A stretch of 64,000 bases of DNA from the human T2T-CHM13v2.0 reference genome, Homo sapiens. The stretch lies in the NCBI RefSeq assembly GCF_009914755.1, contig NC_060947.1, one strand, 5' to 3'. Within the stretch, counting starts at the first letter, position 1. Each line of letters begins with the position of its first letter. Both the position numbers and the translations under genes were made by a program. The notes below the pieces were generated by a model, which had not been told where the DNA came from, made no database searches, and saw nothing but the letters and a program-made list of their open reading frames with translations. This document shows, one piece after another, positions 60,761 to 64,000 of the stretch.

Positions 60761-61328
60761 TGAATATGTTTATAACTTGAGGGAAAAGTGAAGTTGAGAA
60801 AAGGCTCAGGAAATGAGGGAGAAAGCCAAGTGATAAGGCAGTTCCTTGAAGAAATAGAAGGAATAGAATCAAGTGAACAGGTTAAAGGGACTGGCCATCA
60901 ACAGAAGTTAATGAGCAAGAAAGAGGGTAGTGGCAGGGGAGTTTGTATATATAAGGACACCTAAGCAAACCAAAGTCAATCAGGCTGTAGTGCAGTGGTG
61001 TCACCACAGCTCACTGCAGCCTCGACTTCCTGGGCTGAAGCAATCCTCCCACCGCAGTCTTCTGAGTAGCTGGAACTACTAGTGCATGCCACCATGCCCA
61101 GCTAATTTTTTGGGTTTTGTAGAGATGGGGACTCACTATGTTTCCCAGGCTGGTCTCAAAGTCTTGGCCTCAAGCGATCCTCCTGCCTCGATCTCCCAAA
61201 GTGCAAGGATTACAGGTGTGAGCCACTGTGCCCAGCCAAGAATTTTTAACTGGGTTTATTTAATCTAGAGAAAAGTAGTTGCTAGGTGTAAGCTTAACAA
61301 CAAGCTTGTATCTATATTTTAAAAGTTA

Positions 61329-61502
<174 letters not shown>

Positions 61503-61779
61503 TCAGGAGGCTGAGGCAGGAGAATCGCCTGAACCCAGAGGCAGAAGATGCAATGAGCCAAGATCGGACCACTCTACTCCAGGCCGGGCAACAAGAGTGA
61601 GACTCTGTCTCAAAAAAAAAAAAAAAGGCCAGGCACGGCGGCTCACACCTGTAATCAGAACTTTAGGAGGCTGAGGCAGGAAGATCCTTTGAGCCCAGGA
61701 GTTCACGAAAAACCTGGGCAACACAGGGAGACCCCATCTCTATAAAAAAATAGTTTTTTAAACAATATATTAGAACCTT

Positions 61780-63600
<1,821 letters not shown>

Positions 63601-63682
63601 TTTTAAAGTTACTAGTAAGAAAGATTATTCAGACTATACCTCCATTAAATAGGAATCTACATTTATAAGAAAAAAATTATGA

Positions 63683-63838
<156 letters not shown>

Positions 63839-64000
63839 TAGCTGGGATTACGGCGCCCACCAACACAACTGGCTAATTTTGTATTTTCAGTAGAGACGGG
63901 GTTTCTCCATGTTGGTCAGGCTGGTCTCAAACTCCCAACCTCAAGTGATCCGCCCGCCTCAGCCTCCCAAAGTGCTGGGATTACAGGCATGAGCCACCAC

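Overview
Primate, most likely human, Alu-dense genomic DNA containing two convergent genes. On the + strand is the complete 7-exon PRDX4 gene (peroxiredoxin-4, 271 aa, CDS 1138..19890), driven by a CpG-island promoter. On the - strand are the last 10 coding exons of ACOT9 (acyl-CoA thioesterase 9, 56370 down to the stop at 37507); its 5' exons lie beyond the right edge. Most of the rest is interspersed repeat: dozens of Alus, L1M/L2/MIR fragments, ERV1 and MaLR solo LTRs, and Tigger/hAT DNA transposons. Most ORFs in the supplied track are Alu artefacts. I see no clearly novel multi-gene system. The best second-look items are: (i) a candidate cassette exon in PRDX4 intron 6 that would swap the YF-motif tail or act as a poison exon; (ii) intronic polyadenylation after PRDX4 exon 3; (iii) a fold-back duplication in an Alu that makes a near-perfect hairpin in ACOT9 pre-mRNA; (iv) a 33-nt tailless U2 snRNA retrocopy with a target-site duplication (TSD); (v) a nested Alu>LTR>Alu with CCAAT repeats facing the ACOT9 3' end; (vi) several readable DNA repair and retrotransposition scars. 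Repeat subfamily names are from memory of consensus sequences and repeat boundaries are approximate.
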